From Salisapilia sapeloensis CBS 127946 (Eukaryota; Protista; Oomycota): a stretch of 64,000 bases of DNA. Made by a program: the position numbers and the translations under genes. Positions 32,989-45,447 of this stretch are shown here, piece after piece; the stretch's first letter is position 1; each line of letters opens with the position of its first letter. The stretch is from the NCBI GenBank assembly GCA_023334545.1, contig JAADVB010000016.1, positions 62,001 through 126,000 on the forward strand, written 5' to 3'. The notes under the pieces are model-generated. The model had not been told where the DNA came from, did no database searches, and saw only the letters and a list, made by a program, of their open reading frames with translations.

Positions 32989-35776
32989 TCAAGAATACGA
33001 GTCCAATAGGTCGACAACTATACCGAATTGCGTCGTGAGATTCGCGTCAGAGATAGACACGTGACTTGGCTTGCTACTGCACAAAAGCGTACTTGTAGAA
33101 CGATGTGATGCAAGCACTACACTCGAGCCTCGAAGACGTTCCTCAGAGGCGGTTTTGGCGTGGGACGAGAAAGACAAATACCGTAGTATCTATTAAAACT
33201 AATCAGTCTTGGATGACGTCAACACGGATAAAAACACCTCCCGAAGCCATTCCCAAAGTGATGAAAGACGAAGTACTCCGAGCACTCGCTCGCGTCGCAG
33301 AGATGCTCGTGGGCAACTTTACCGTCTCCTTTCAAAATGAGCTACGTATTATGGTATTCTTTGATATATAAAACTACTTGTATATCACACTTAATGGACA
33401 TTCCATTAGGCGGAAGTGTCTGGATCGCAAGCAGCACGTGTCATGCGAGAGCAAGGTATACCGATGCAACAGGCAGTCCGTCATACTGCTGGCGCAGTTG
33501 CAAAGCTCTAGTGAATTGATAAAACGAATCGTTTAGTTCATACGCAAACGTATACTTGTGTTACTCGTGTCTCCACGCTCGCAACGCTTCATGCCCAGCT
33601 GCATCCTCCTTAGCTGCCTTTACTTGCTCCTGCCAATGCTCTACTAGTCTTTCAAATCTGTCCTTTGCCTCTCGAATCAACGCTCGATCCTGATGGCAAT
33701 GGATTAGCTCAAACAACACTTGCACCTCCACGACTACATTCTCCTGCTCTGTTGCCATCCCGAGTGCTTTCTCTAGCATACCGACGCTCTCGGACAAGTC
33801 ACCATCCTCTTCCTCTCCATCGTGTTGTAACTTAATACTCATCAAGAGCAAGATTTCCATCATGTGATCTGTCGAGCAGACACTTGTCTGGACACGATCA
33901 AAGGCCGCATAGAGCAAATCTACTTCCTTCGACTCGAGTTCTGCCACCATCGGGTACGTCCGGCTGGAGGATTCCGATACTGCCCACAGGAACTTGCACA
34001 CCGTTACTTCATACTAGACAATAGTTAGTATATCGGAACATGACAAGCGTCGTATATATAGTACTTTAGCTCGTAGCTCTTCCGACGGACTGTTCGAGAC
34101 GACAGTAGACAAAGGTCCTTCCATGCCCAAGATGAAGGAAGTGCATTCAAGCAACATTTCATGCGGATAGATCTGCTGTAAACTAGTGAACGTATCGTCA
34201 GACACGGTATTACAGAACGTCGTCACATCCAGCATATCGATCCAGACAGCGAGATAGACGTCAGGATACGACTCGGATGTAATAGCTGGTACAATCTCGA
34301 TCACCAGTCCGAGACGCGTTGCAGCCACTTCATTCTCTCCGATACAAGCAGCGTACTTGGCAATAACCACGTGGGTTCGAGCAAGAAGTGCCAAGTACAG
34401 TTTCGACTGGGATAGATGCGCTTGATTGGCATCAAAAACAGAGAGGAGCTGTTTTAAGAGCACACGAGTTTCGACTAAACGTCCTCTACTCATCAACAGC
34501 TTGGCACGTGTGATCATCATCTCTAGGAGTCCTATGAGTAAAGGCAGCCGAGCTGAATGGCTCGAGTCATAGCTTTGTAAGCTCGTCTGAGCTTTCGGAA
34601 TGCACTCTTTCGATAGCTTCAGTGCACTTAATGGAGCTCGATAGCTCTCGACGTACAGATCAAAGTTATACACTACTGCTTCTAGATAAGACTGGCCTAA
34701 AATGCCATTCTCTGGCGTGTCGTCGAGCTTGTCCATGGCATGCAGCTCTTTCAAGACGCCTTGTAGTGCTTTATAATGACCGAATCTAACCTCGAATATG
34801 AACGTGATGCAACAAAGTGGAGCAAGGTATACGTTACCTGTAGTTTGCAAACGCTTGAATGAGAAGTTGATACTTCCTTATGTGGATCAACTCTTCTTTT
34901 GACGCATGGTTATCCAGTTTTCCATGAACGACTTCCAGCAATTCAGAAAGCGCATAGACATTATCCGAATGAAAGGACGCAGCAGTGGCGTGGCATATCA
35001 CTGCCAACAACCAGATCTATCCAAGCATTAGTACGACGACTACTATTGAATGACTTGCTCATGTACTTTAAAAGACATGCTACGAAAATGCTTTGTATGA
35101 GATTGGACGAGCTGTAGCTGTTGAATAAAATGCGTCTCGGTCTCTACGTCCATCGCGTCCGACTGTAAGCTCTTGGCGTACATTTGAGCAATCAAGAGCT
35201 TTAGTTCGTCGCAAAAGTAATCACGTAAAGGATCAATGTAAGGCTCCTCTTCCTTTTGTCCGTGCTGACATAGACGAATGCCATGGCACAGGAACTCGAT
35301 GAGCTTGTCATCGTCGTCTTGGATGGAGATTTTTGCTAAGAGGTACTTGGATCGAGCAAGTCGTACCTGCCAATGGATCTATAATATACAATTGGATACA
35401 GAAGATGAAACTCGTATTCGTGTAGAGCATACATCGACGCAATAGCTGTCTTCACTTAGTTTAGTCTGCACGACTTCGACACTTTCCTGAGCTCTTGTAA
35501 ATCGCTTTCTAAGCATTGCTTTGGAAAGGTGTCGTTCCGATGCCAAACAAGTCACTGCACACACTTCAGCAAGTAGAATGTGTCCACAAGTCAAGATCGG
35601 CGTGCTTTCTTCGTCCGTGCACTCAGATGCCAATAATGCCTATATGCAGTGCTAAAATCCTCTTTCTACCAGCATAACTACAGCATATATACTTCTATCG
35701 TCACTATTGCTTGGTCATAATGCTCTTGCTCTGCTAGTGAGCAGGCCATGCGCCAAAGTCCTGTCACTTGGTCCAT
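32989..35776 (-). CDS. MAU2: Probable MAU2/Scc4 cohesin-loader subunit (TPR-like), multi-exon; 3-prime end uncertain
   Basis: The spliced N-terminus MDQVTGLWRMACSLAEQEHYDQAIVTIEALL...ILLAE...HLSKA resembles plant SCC4 (GLWxLA...IKCLEA...HLERS). Helical repeat ORFs follow. The stop lies between 33117 and 32989 depending on the last intron. Confidence 0.6.
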
Positions 35777-35858
35777 TTCCATTCTTCTTGGTCGGAATCG
35801 TGTAAACCCTACATAAACCCTACAACCTCCATTTATCTCCTGATAAACTGGAACCGAG

Positions 35859-37038
35859 ATGAGTGCATCTTCACATGGCTCGATCGACTACGAGGAGCAT
35901 CGTGGAGTCCAAGCAGCCTTTATCTCCGATGGGAGTGCCTACGTTATCATTGCTATCATCTCGCTCGTGCAATTGATACGGATTATACGGCGGTACAAGC
36001 CATGGACGGTGCAGAAGATGGTGCACATGCTATTATTCATCGCAGCCTGCTTACGAGCTTTTTTCCTCATGCTTGTTGGAACAGACTGGTGCCATGCACT
36101 CTCTGGTCAGATCAGTGTATCCGAGTGCTCCACTGGCGAGCGAGAAGTCTTTTACATTTTGGATCAAACACCTATCGTCTTCTTCTTCGTCGCCTATGCA
36201 CTACTAGTGCAGTTCTGGGCTGAAGTTTACTACAATGCTGTCGATGAGATTGCCGTCTACCAGTCTTTCTTTAAGCCTGCTTTGCACATCTTTATCGGTG
36301 TAAGATTCGACAATAGCATAATCAAAGAGCATAACTAAAGATACTCTGTAGCTCGTCATGTGCGTCCAAGTACTCTTCTGGATCTTCTACGCATCCGCTT
36401 GGCGAGGCGAACGTATGTCTCTCTACCTTTCCTACCTTGTAGCATGCTCTGACCATAGTCTTGGCTGCATGCAGGTGCGTTTTTCACAAAAAGCCAAGCA
36501 GTGCTCAATATGGAAATGTACTTACTCGCCACCGCTCTCTTCCTTTTCTACGGACGACGAGCTTATGTACAGCTCAGGTACTAAGACAGCACCTATCTAT
36601 CCGATCCTTCTATCTTATATATATGCATTAGAAATGTTCCGATTGAACTCGGTCTTCGATCGCGAAAGATGAAAGAAGTACACGTCTATTGCTTATATTC
36701 CTTTCCGATCCTGTATCTAACCTCTTACGTAGCTGACAAGTATATCAATCGTCTGCTCGACATGTTTCATTCTTCGATGCGGCTTGGAAATCATGTTTTC
36801 CAGGGAGAAACAACAACTTCACGACAAAGCGACGTGGCTACTCGTGCTCATCTACTATGCTTTCCTAGAACTCGCACCATCTATCGCCATTCTCTACTTT
36901 AACCGTCGTCTCCCACTTCCACCTCGTACAGCTTCTACCCCGAAACGATCTCGTGTCAATCTCGCGTCTCGTCTAAAGAAGCGGACGAAACCTCGGGACG
37001 ATGAAATGCTCGCGTCGTTACTTGAGAATGAAGAGTAG
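35859..37038 (+). CDS. THH1/TOM1/TOM3 (GPR137-like) multipass membrane protein, multi-exon
   Basis: SLVQLIRI...WTVQKMVHMLLF...LRAFF...ILDQTPIVFFFVAYALLVQFWAEVYY and ELAPSIAILYFNRRLP match the TOM1-family pattern. Confidence 0.8.
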
Positions 37039-37069
37039 AAACAAGAAACGATTATCTTTCTTTCCTAGT

Positions 37070-38296
37070 TTACTCTCCGAATCTTTGCGTCACGTCATTT
37101 AGTAGCTGGAGCATACTGTCATTCTCTTCTCGACTACCGATCGTCGCTCGAAGACAGTCCGTTAGAAGTAACTGATTGCCTCGATAACGAATCACGACAC
37201 CTTTGTCTGCCATTTCACGATACACTTCTTCTGCATGCGGCACTTGGAAAAGAACGAAGTTCGAGTCCGACGCGTAGATGCACTTGACAAGCGATAGTTT
37301 GCGTAGTTCTTGCACAACTCTCTCCTTTTCCGATTTGATTAGAGCGATCTTGGACTCTACTTGCGCGACATTCGCCATGGCTTCCAATCCCACTTTGGAA
37401 GTCAATTTGCTGATGTTATAAGGAGCTTTGACGTTGTTGAGGATCTGGATCAAACGAGGGTGGCCAATGGCGCTGCCGAGACGGACACCAGCGAGACCGA
37501 ACGCCTTAGAGAGTGTCTGTAAGACCACGAGGCGAGGGTACTGCTGGACGAGACCAATCAAACTCGGTTCGTCGCTAAAGTCGACGTACGCTTCGTCCAC
37601 GACTACTAGACCCTTATAAGCAGAGCTCTCGAGGATTGTGCGGACGTCCGAGGCTCGAAGCATGTTGGCGGTCGGGTTACCAGGACTGCATAGGAACATG
37701 ATCTTCGTCGTGTCTTTGACTTGAGATAGGATCTCTTGTGGATCAATGTGGAAGGACGGAAGTTCGCCTTTGTCGTTGAGTCCCTTAGGATTGCTCTCGT
37801 CACGTTCGATGTGGAGAGGGCAGGAGATGATGTCGACGTCGTGGATGTTGGCACAAACCTTGTACATGCCGTAGGTTGGTGGTGTGATCAAAATCGAGTC
37901 TTTCGAAGGTGTGCAAGCAACGCGAACGACTAGATCGATTGCTTCGTCACTGCCAACACCGAGGAAGATGTTGTCTGGGCGGACGTGGCCGTGCTCGGAC
38001 GTCTCATTACGATAGTCGGCAATCGCTTTTTTCAGCTCCACCTGATATGGAGACGGGTATCTCTCCAACTGCATCTGCTGCAAGTCCTCAGCAGCAAGGG
38101 ATGAGCCCAAACTGTTCTCATTCGCATCAAGCAAAATGCCTATGCATAAAAGATAAGCCTCTTCTGACAAGCTTCAGCTTTAAATGCACAGAATTGAAAT
38201 ACCTTGGTCATAGTCATCACGTGCACACCGGTAGGGTGACAGAGCCAATATGTTTGGTCTTATAATTGCGTCAATCTCCTTTGCTCCTGCGTCCAT
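37070..38296 (-). CDS. HIS5: Histidinol-phosphate aminotransferase, 2 exons
   Basis: Exon 1 MDAGAKEIDAIIRPNILALSPYRCARDDYDQG is joined across intron 38140-38202 to ILLDANEN. Also GVGSDEAID, CSPGNPT, DEAY, TLSKAFGLAGVRLG and PYN. Confidence 0.95.
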
Positions 38297-39299
38297 GATG
38301 TCAGATTCAGTTGTGGATGGAAGCAGAGTTTCAACGGCCGATTATGTAATCACCATAGTCTGATTCTTGTGGCGAGTATCTTTCTCGGGGAGATACACGT
38401 CATGCTAACCACCTCCGTACGATTGCAAGTAAATGCATGAACGACAAAAAACTAGGTTAGTGCAATTGAGCGATAGTGCTTGTATACATTCCCAAGCAAC
38501 TTTATTGCTTAAGTATAGCTTGTCATTCTGGAAAGATAGAGACTTTTTAGAGTATTTTTTAAAATTAAAAGAGCATTTGTGTCATTTTGAAATAAATAGG
38601 AAATGACAACAAACCAAACAACGAATTTTGTCTACAACAAAAAGACAGCATATACTAACTTTTACATTTAAATTTGTGCTCCAGGTGCCAGCATCGCTTC
38701 TGGTCGATTAGCAAGACTCCTTAAGCTTCTGCAATATCGTCCTAGCCATGATCTTTTAATTCATGCACAGCCTCTGAGTGGCTCTCGGCAACGGCAGCAT
38801 CAAGCATGAAAGTGTTATTACAGCAGATGCTTCACGACTACAGTACGACCGAAGATTCGGGCATTTAGCAAACCTCAGATGGTTTAGTCCATTTATTAAG
38901 GCCTACCGAGAGCGTCCGTATAGGTTCACAGGTAACCTTAGATATGTAGTACTGTACAAAAACTATGCCAAATGTCCTTCCTAATTTTCAAGCTTAATTT
39001 GTTCTCATTTCTTTTAGTATCAGTGTATATTTACCTTAATAAAGCTGGGATCGTACATGATCGTCGGTCATGATTTTACAATAATACTGCGTGGAGAAGG
39101 CTATGTACAATCCAGCGTATCTTTATATTGCGCGCATTCGATTGGTGTCGTTTTCGTCAGGCGATGGGCATAACATTTGCATTTGATAGTCGAATCGTAG
39201 AGATCGGACATGAAATTATCCATTCATGTTGTAGGGGGTTCATAGACGTTGTGTCGAAATTTGGTCATTCCAACCTATCCGATTGATTGACTCTTTGAG

Positions 39300-41675
39300 A
39301 TCAATGAGGTGTTGTGGGTTATATCCGCCCACGAATTACTACGGCATATGCCCGATTAAGTTCTGAACGTAAGATTACCGTGGTAATCAAAGAACTTGAT
39401 TGTAGCATAAATTTTACTCGACTACCCACATATCGCACCACTTAGAGCAGATAAATCCCTTTGATGTTACGCTCTATCTTGAAAGTTATTTCCGCTCGCA
39501 GCTAATTACTCGGTTTAAAAGTTTCTTGTTAGCAGCTATCCGGTTCTGCCAGCCACAATGAAGTTCACCAGTCGCGAAATCACATATTTCTTTCTGATAC
39601 TTTAGGCATTGATTGATAAATATACGAAGGCTATCAATTCCTATAAGCTGATGCCACTAGTGTACGTGAATCGATCATCTTTGAGCAAAACACAAATGTA
39701 ATCATTTACGTTTTGTAGTGACCTGACCGGAGTTTACGTGAAAAAGCTCGATGGAGCTATCTTTCCAATCGGCCGAAAGATGTCAAACAATTTGTATCAT
39801 TTACTTAATATTCAATCTTGACCTCATGTGTGGATGCAGTTGGTTGCATGATAATCCGACCAAAGAAATAATGGGAATACTTCCAAGGCTAGAACTACTG
39901 TACTCTTGATATCACAATGTGTATGAACAAGTAACGAACCTGCTAAAACTTGTTATATGCAGCGCAATGAACGAAACCTTTGTCAAGAGTCTGGATTCAG
40001 GCAACTTTCCCAAACTTCGCAGTTTACATATATTCATGCTGAAACTGTGTATTAGCTACTTTTGCATCCATATCTTAACGCACTTCAAATACAATTGTCC
40101 ATGGCGGCAGTCTGGAGAAGATCACAAGTGTATGGAACCATCTCGACTATATGTGAGTCCTTGATTGTACACCTTTATGATATGTATTTGATCGTCTACA
40201 TTTGTAGGGAGTTGTATTACAGCCGGGTTTCCGAGATCACGGCGGAGGTGCCCATTCTCACCGAGGCGTAAGCTTTAAATAGTTCATTCTATCTTTCGAA
40301 CCACTGACGCGTCATGTATGAATGCAGCTGGGTGTATGGTAACCCGATCGAAGTTATATCGGGGACATTTCCAAAGCTGCAAAGGCTGTACGTGAAATAC
40401 ACTGGATACTACTATTAAAAAATCTGACTCGAGTTTAAAATGAGCAGGTGTATGGTCAACCCACTGCTTAAGAGTTTGGATGCAGTCGAGTTTCCCAAAG
40501 TTCGCGAATTGTACGTGTTCATATCAACCCTGTAGACTTGAAGATTAGGCACCGATATTGTAACCTATAAAAACTAGACAAATCATGGCGGCATATTGGA
40601 GGAATTAACTGGTGAATGGAAGCACCTCATCTACTTGTAAGTATTTGAATATGATCAATTCAAGGTGCTCATTTTATCATTTGTGTTATGTAGACAATTG
40701 AACAACAACAGCGTATCGGATATCAAAGCGAAGATGCTCAATCTCACTACAGCGTAAGCTATTGAAAATTGGAATTCTTGCCTCTATCACTGATGCTTTA
40801 TGTGTAAACTAGCTTCGTCAATTATAATGTCCTTACCGATTTTGACTGCGCCAAGTCGAAGGTGAATTACTTGTGAGGCACGTTCACGAAGATGCTTGGA
40901 CACTAAAGTCGCGCGATAACATTTGCAGGGCTACGGCGCACAATAAATTGACAAAAGAGAGTCTGCGTGGGTGGAAGTGTAAAGACGTCCATACCATGTA
41001 TGTTTTCCGTATCGCTACTTTTAAGCGTGCAAATGGATGGTGAGAACAGCAATTTGAGTGAAAACAACATCGGATTCTTTGATGACCCACACACCAATGC
41101 TCTTGGTTCAGTGAGGAAATTGTACGTGAATTTATACGCATATATAATCTGTAATACTTAAATGCTTAATGTTGAACAGGAACATAACGGGCGGTGTGCT
41201 AGATCAGTGGGATGGCAAGTAGCCCAATCTGAAGGAAGCGTGCGTACTTCTACACTACCAACAAAGTTTTTTCTATAAGTGAATTTTAGTCCTTGTGCAG
41301 GTGCATGGGCTACAATAAGCTCCAGAGATCAACGCATACACTCCGGCGATAAAAACATTGTAAGCCACTATGCTTTATAAGACAGATTTATGCTCATAAA
41401 GAAAACTATAAATGAACAATATGGATACTATAGGGAACTCCACTATAACAATCTTAGTGCTACGGGATTCCTTGCACAACCTTCGGGAAAGAATGTATCA
41501 AATCCTACTTCTGTAGATGTAGCCAAGTACATGAGTCTTCATGCTGAGGATTTGTAAGTGATTCTAGATGTTTTCTCCATTGCGAAGTTATACTAAGTGT
41601 GGATTGATTTGTAGGAATTTAAATGGCGATCCTATAATGAAAAAACTAGGGAGTGAAGAGCTCCTTTCTAAGTAG
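39300..41675 (+). pseudogene. Micro-exon leucine-rich-repeat gene (one LRR per exon), disabled
   Basis: Fourteen consecutive 59-72 nt exons at 39719-41359, plus two more to 41675, separated by 52-67 nt introns. The exons are read in phase 2 and each encodes an LRR-like unit. Lesions: non-GT donor at 40026, AC instead of AG at 40091-40092, 59-nt exons at 40578-40636 and 41301-41359, and an in-frame TAG at 41220-41222. The 5-prime part is too decayed to model. Confidence 0.8.
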
Positions 41676-43050
41676 ATTCTTATAAGCGAATTGCCCCATG
41701 AGAATTAAACTCAAGTTTGCATTCGCTTGTAGGAGCTCTACAGATAACTATATGCCTGATGAAGCAGGAATCTAGAACTATCTTCTTCGCCAAGTCAAAT
41801 GGAATTTTTCTTTGAAGCAGAAAGACTTTAAAGAATCTAACCGCATCCAAGGCATTCCACAAAACATTGAAATCAGACGTCATTCATTTTTATGTTAGCT
41901 ACTACTTTCTTGGATGAGTACGCGTTCAACAGAAGTGAAACTATATTGCTATTATTTGATGGCACATTTCAGTTTCAATCGCTATATGCACCATACCTAC
42001 AAATATAACTTGTAGTAGTGACGTTTGCATCCGCCCAAGTTAATTGCTTAAGCAGAGCTTTAATGATAGGTTGTACGGTGGAAGTTAAAGCAGACGACAA
42101 TATCATCACAAAACTCTTTTAGACTCGAGCATTTTTGAGGACGTAAGTAAACAAATTAAGCAGCATAGATGAACGGATAAAGCTATAACTTGTCAACGTA
42201 TACATATTAAGCACAGATAGGCTCTCTACGTTTTCTCTACGGACTGTCAATTCTTTTGTATCTAATTCTAGCTACAATAGTAATGCAAAAGATTTTTATA
42301 GCTGCATACTAGTCTGAAGATAGAAATCAGTTTGTGGTATTTGACGTTATGACTACTCTTACAATCTGCATAGCGATCATTATTGCCCAACTTGCGGAAG
42401 TGGTGTACCATACAAGCACAAAAGTAGACTGTAAAGCTCAAACTCTTGTGCTGGACTTCTTGAAAGTATTATGAAGGGTTAACATCCTACACAGTCGATA
42501 GACCACTTGTTAAATGCAATCTGGTAGCTTTGGCAATCTTTCTCATGAAATACTGTCATGCTATTAAATCCACTTGACAACAGTTTTGATAGTGACCACG
42601 TAGAAACTTGATTCATATTGTCAGCGCGTGGTTGCAAAGCTTTAAAGATGAAATAAGAAGTATAACCTACTATTTTAACGTACAATTACGCTTCTTTCTT
42701 GTCATAAATAATATCTATTGCAGTATCTCCGTTATTTTTTATGCTATCAAACAAATTAACATCCAGTTAGTAAATTTGGTAAGCTAGTATGCGATTAGTG
42801 CGTGCTAGGAGGGACGTTAGACATCGTAGGCTAAGCGACGCCAATGTACCTCACTATCGAATCAAATCGTCCGCCTAAAAAGGAAAGCTTATGCAATTCA
42901 TTACTGTCATTTGTTCACAAGCTACATCTTTGCATCATAGGTACCACATTAGTTTGTTGAAGATAGGTTTCCGATGGACGAGACCCCGAAGGATTGCCGA
43001 GGCGTGTCAAGATCGAGTGTCATTATACTTTGGAGAATACGTCTTAACGC

Positions 43051-45447
43051 TTAGTGGATGCTCGTCGCTTTTGGTCTCTTGGATAGATCCATCTCGGGAC
43101 ACGCAAGTCCGAGGGTACGGATGGATATCGGGCAAGAACTTAAAAAGGATGGCTTGACGGTAATGTTCACAATATCCGATGTTAACGACAGCATCTTGGA
43201 CTGTTTTCCGTCAGCGACGACGGTATCTGAGTATGGAAGTATGTGCGTATCCAACTCGATTAGAATAGTTCCAAAGGAAAAATTGTCACTGCTTTCATCA
43301 TAGCCAGTCTCTTCGCGTAAGATTTCAGGCGCCAGCCATCGGATGGTGTGTATACCTTTGGCCGTTAGAGTATTGTCCGCATCGAGCGTCCTAGCATTTT
43401 CAAAGTCTCCATTCTTGGCGATCAGTTCTTCAGACAGCAACACGTTCCGTGGCTTGAGATCTCGGTGAATGTAAGCTGGCGAAAATTAGTGCATGTAGAT
43501 GAGTGCATCTATAACATCAATCACATTTTGTAGCTTCTCGTTATTCCAATGGTGATCGACTCTTGATTCCGTCAGATAAGATCTGAGGTCTCCTCTCTCC
43601 ATGTACTCGTATAAAGCTTGAAAGTCCGCTTTTTTGATATAAGCTGTTCCGATAAACTTCAGAATGTGTGGATGACTAAGCTTCGCCGCAGTTTCGTTTT
43701 TTTAATAAAATTATGGTTGTCCTCGCTGTCTGTTTTGCTTTCGATCAACCGTTTGGATGCGAACTGCTCTCCAAAGTATTCTACGAGCCAGACTTCACCA
43801 AAGGCACCAGCGCCCAGTTGTCGTATTGGATGGATTTTGTTCGGCAACAGCTCATTCTTTCGCAAGACGCTATCATTCCAGATAGAGCTCATTACATCTT
43901 CAAGTGGGTGATAACTTGTGTTTGATGTACTTCCTCCTTCTGCTGTTGGCGGGCGGGAATCGCTTCCCGGAAATGTTGATTTTTTTAATTGTTAAAGTTT
44001 TGGTTAAAAAAGTGTGTAGAAATTGCTAGTATGATGCAATGGGGATAATCAGACGTAGAGGATCAAGGGAAGTGCCGTCTGTGCTGACACTGGACCCTAA
44101 TGATGTGTAAGTCTCTACAACGCAGACGAGCAATTCTGCATGACCCACAGTTTTCCATTCATCGCTCGGGCAGTAAGGGCTTTTCTTTCCGGTAACATTG
44201 GCACTCTTAAGTGCCATATCAAGCATGTTACATAGCTTAGATGATGCGAATCTTGTATTGGGTGGATCGCCATCAAGATATCTAAAGGCATACAATATAA
44301 GTCATGTATAAGGTAGGATGGAGCTCATTCGCATGTAAATATGTAGCTTACAGTTTTTCTAGACGTTTAACATTGACCAATGCTGACAGTTGGACTCGAG
44401 CTTATTATACTCCAAGTTTCTAATAAACGACATTTATGTTGAAAAGTGATGGATAGAAAAGTATTGGGCTTGTAAATAACTTGCAACTCTTCGAGCCATT
44501 TGGCATTGGCGCCAAACCAGCTCAGATTTTTAAACGACAAATCTCTATAAATCGTGATGGACAATTGGATAATGAGTACCGAGATGCATGAAACCATGAT
44601 ACGTACAACTCATAGAGGTAGTTGAAGCGAATATCGTAGGGGAACTATTGGATTGAATTGTGATCCATAGAGCTATGTATTTAGCACATATGTGACTCGT
44701 TAACGACGATGTGGCTATGCAAGGAGAAATACATATCGAGTACATACAGTTGTTTCAATGTGGCAAACCTCGAGAGATTTGCTGGCACGCTTCTGATATC
44801 GCAATTTGACAGTTTGATCGATGTTGTGTATTCATGCAGATTTGACATCAAGTCATCCGCAGATATGATTAAATTTGGTATTGATATCCGACGAAGATGG
44901 ATAGTTTTGAACATTTCGTATGCGAAACGAACATTTTGGACTCTGTGGTCGCTAAACTTACCACGAAGTTCCCTATGATGAATTGGTAGCAAATGCACAC
45001 CATTGACCCGTAAATAAAGATTTGTTTATAGTACGTCTTAAAAGAGAAGCAAACACATACCAGTTAGAAATGTTGTAAGGGGTGTTCAGATCGATTTTGT
45101 CCAAGTGTTTCAAGTCTAATTGAAACTCTTCCTTTTTGTGCTCGTTAAAGTCATCATTAATTTCAAATACATTGTACGCTTCACTTCAACGCCAGTAACA
45201 GTTCTACTGAACGGATCTTTGCATTGGCATTGGCATCCAGACTTTTCATCACCTTCCTTGCAGGTTACACCGAAAATTTTACACGGATTACGAAGGCCAT
45301 CAACCTGGTAGATAACGCATACTACATCGCAATCGTCATCGCAATCCGACATGAGAACATTCGTGCACTTATTGCGTTCTTTGGAGCTAACCCAGTCGAA
45401 AGGCACATGAGCACGATAGGCAAAAGCGAAAGTCTCAGAATCACCAT
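43051..45447 (-). pseudogene. LRR receptor-like kinase (TKL) pseudogene
   Basis: Signal peptide MVILRLSLLPIVLMCLSTGLA, Cys-rich ectodomain, phase-2 LRR exons, a degenerate TM, and kinase motifs LGAGAFGEV, IHRDLKPRNVLL, DFE (for DFG) and WLAPE. Multiple frameshifts and stops (TAG 44645-44647, TAA 43486-43488). Confidence 0.88.

Noticed and set aside
38580-38608. 8-bp inverted repeat TGTCATTT...AAATGACA
   Set aside because: Too short in AT-rich sequence to exceed chance.
38778-38984. DRRFGHL resembling the copia GAG-pre-integrase WHxRLGH motif
   Set aside because: The match is only a few residues, with no downstream CxxC, integrase or RT motifs and no LTRs.
41900-43000. Possible decayed transposon or gene remnants between the two LRR loci
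   Set aside because: All frames are riddled with stops, with no diagnostic motif or terminal repeat.
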